Source: the human T2T-CHM13v2.0 reference genome, Homo sapiens
Strand: one strand, 5' to 3'
Length of the DNA: 64,000 nt
Assembly (NCBI RefSeq): GCF_009914755.1
Contig: NC_060932.1
A program made the translations under genes and the position numbers. The notes beneath the pieces were generated by a model, which worked only from the letters and a program-made list of their open reading frames with translations, was not told the origin of the DNA and searched no databases. Each line of letters begins with the position of its first letter. The stretch's first letter is position 1. Of this stretch, positions 61,607 to 64,000 are shown piece by piece.

Positions 61607-62087
61607 ACAAAAATAAAACTTTTCAACAAATGTAAACCATACTGAGGTCCATGAATATGTGCCAAGAGGAAGGTGTTGATGGTCGAGAATTTCATCACAA
61701 ATTAATCCAACTCGTTCCGAAGATAAATTTGACCACATAAAATGAAGAGGCAAGTAGGTGTTTACGCCCTGTGACCCAGTAATTGTACTTCTAGGTTTCA
61801 GCAATTAAATAGAATGACATCATTATGATACTCCATTCAACGAGTTATGCAGCTATCTTTAAATGGCAAATGTTAAAACTACATGTAAGTTCTTTGTAAC
61901 GCATAGAGGACTGGAGAATATTTTAAAACAGCTACCATGTGACATGGCAAAAATTGAAAGTGAGTCTTTTCCAAAACTTTTGACAATATTGTCTTAGCAC
62001 TACTTTTATAGTAAAAGAAAAGAAAAAGGTTTCACCTTCCACTCCTAGATTGTATAAGCACAGGAGAAAATAAAAGGTATACACTAG

Positions 62088-62380
62088 TTTTTTTTTGTGT
62101 TGTTGTTTGAGATGGTCTCGCTCTGTGGCTCAGGCTGGAGTATGGTGGCGCAAGCATAGCTCATTGCAGCCTCAAACTCCTGGCTACAAGTGATCCCTCA
62201 GCTTCAGCCACGTGAGTAGCAGCTACAGGTGTGCATCACCACATCTGGCTTAAATTATTTTTGTAGAGATGAGAGTCTTGCTATGTTGTCCAGGCTGGTC
62301 TTGAACTCCTGGCTTTAAGCAATCCTCCTGCCTCAGCCTCCTAAAGTACTGATTACAGGTGTGAGCCACTGCACTGGGTC
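62088..62380 (-). mobile_element. AluJ
   Basis: Diverged reverse Alu. Confidence 0.85.
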
Positions 62381-63359
62381 CCACACTACACTGCTAACAT
62401 GTTATTGATTGGGTTTGGAGGGGAAGACAACTTTATTATATATCTTTTAAATTGTCTGAACTCTTAATAAACATTTTTTCAAAATGACAGAATTTAAAGC
62501 ATTTTCTGAACACCCTTACCATAAAATACAATCACAAATTGGTGATTTGGCCTATGTGAATTAAAAAATACTAAATATCTCCCACCTACCATAGTAAGTG
62601 TCCAAAGCACTGCAGTAGCTTTCACTAATCCAGTCTGTTCCGGACTCCAGGCCATCTATCTTGCTGGCAGACTTCGGGATCGCTGTTTGTGTAGCAACAC
62701 AAGGCACATCCCAGCAACGCCACACACAAACATGTGAGCAGAAAACTAATAACCACCGGTAGCCTGTGTAAAACATCAGAACAAAGCCAATCTTTGTATT
62801 CTTTCTTTTTTATTTATAAATAAACTATTTTTGTGGTTAAACCCACTTTTCCTTCAAATAGCTTTTTGGGTTATTTCCAAATTAATCATAAAAAACCCTT
62901 TCTCCCAACAGAACGGAAAGCATTTTACAGGAAAACATTGATGGGCTCCGGGATCCCAAGATGTGCACCAGATACTGAGTGTTCAGACAGAAGGGACAAC
63001 TCTAATTCTAGTCTTGGAGTACAAAGATGTCAGTGAATAAGAATCATCCAAAGAAGCTGAAGCATTCATTGTTTTTTCACTCTTATTTGAGATCTCCTGG
63101 AGGTGTGTTTACAGATTGGGAAAGATTCAAGGAACCTGTTTGGAACAAACCCCTCCAAATGATCCGAATTAAAGGTCATTCTAGGAGCCTGGTAGAAATG
63201 CTGGAAGGTTAGGGTCTAGGAGACAAAGGTCACTCGAGTTGCTGCTTCTTATCTTATGAAAGGGAAGAATTGCTTGTTCCTTTAAGATAACTGAGAATAA
63301 ATTAATCAAACTTAAGAACTGTTTTTTAAACTATAAACAGTAAGCAATCATTTTAAAAC

Positions 63360-63820
63360 TCAATTATCTACCCAAATGTTCATAGCAGCATTATTCATAA
63401 TAGCTTAAAAAGTGCAAAAAACCTAAATGTCCCTCAATGGATGAATGGATAGAGAAAATAAGAGGATTACTCATACAATGGAATATTACTTAGCAATAAA
63501 AAATGAAGTAGTGATACATGCTAAAACATGGATGAACCTTGAAAATGGACTGCTTAATTAAAGAAGCCACTAAAAGACAACCACATTCCACTTACATAAA
63601 ATGCTCAGAACAGACAAACCCAGGGACAGAAGAAGTACATTAGTGGTTGCCGAGGGTGGGAAGGGCTTATATAATATGATTTCTTTGTGGGGTGATGAAA
63701 TGGCCTAAAATTAGATTATAGTGATGGTTGCAAAACTTTTTAATACATTGAAAACCACAGAACTATAAATGAGTGAATTTTATGGTATGTAAACTATATC
63801 TCAAACTTTCAAAAAAAGAA
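63360..63820 (+). mobile_element. L1M (MB/ME) 3' end
   Basis: 'aatgttcatagcagcattattcataatag...atggatgaaccttgaaaa...gtgaattttatggtatgtaaactatatctcaa'. Confidence 0.75.
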
Positions 63821-64000
63821 TTCATTACTAACTTTCTGATTTTAAAAAATAAAATCTTCCTGCCTCTCAAGAGCAGCCCAAAAGAAAAATAACAAAAAAA
63901 TAAAATCTACAAACATAAACCTTATTAAGTGGAGGAAAAAGCTACAGTAATGTAACTGTTAAACAATTCAATTACCTAAAAGTTCTCCAGTTAATAGTCA

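Overview
This is human genomic DNA: it carries a human-specific AluYb element, and I recognise it as 8p23.1, the FAM167A/BLK autoimmune-risk region. The only host protein-coding sequence I can support is the last exon of FAM167A (C8orf13/DIORA1), CDS 8090-8353 on +, with a ~2.9 kb 3'UTR ending near 11.28 kb. From recalled annotation, the rest lies under the antisense lncRNA FAM167A-AS1 and stops just short of the TDH pseudogene; I cannot confirm this from the sequence. The window is mostly transposable elements. These include a full-length L1PA4-like element with an intact ORF1 and a long but RT-dead ORF2, in a four-level nest (L1M > MaLR LTR > L1PA4 > AluYb). There are also MER4, MER41, MLT1 and THE1/MST LTRs, an ERV1 internal region, about 20 Alus, and U6 and 7SL retropseudogenes. 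I found no convincing new biological system. The best leads are a ~90-bp non-TE duplication carrying AP-1 sites in the FAM167A intron, MER41 LTRs with GAS motifs downstream of FAM167A, a strong CTCF motif, the L1 coding state, and several templated-inversion repair scars. Repeat subfamily names are from memory of consensus sequences and need RepeatMasker/Dfam confirmation.
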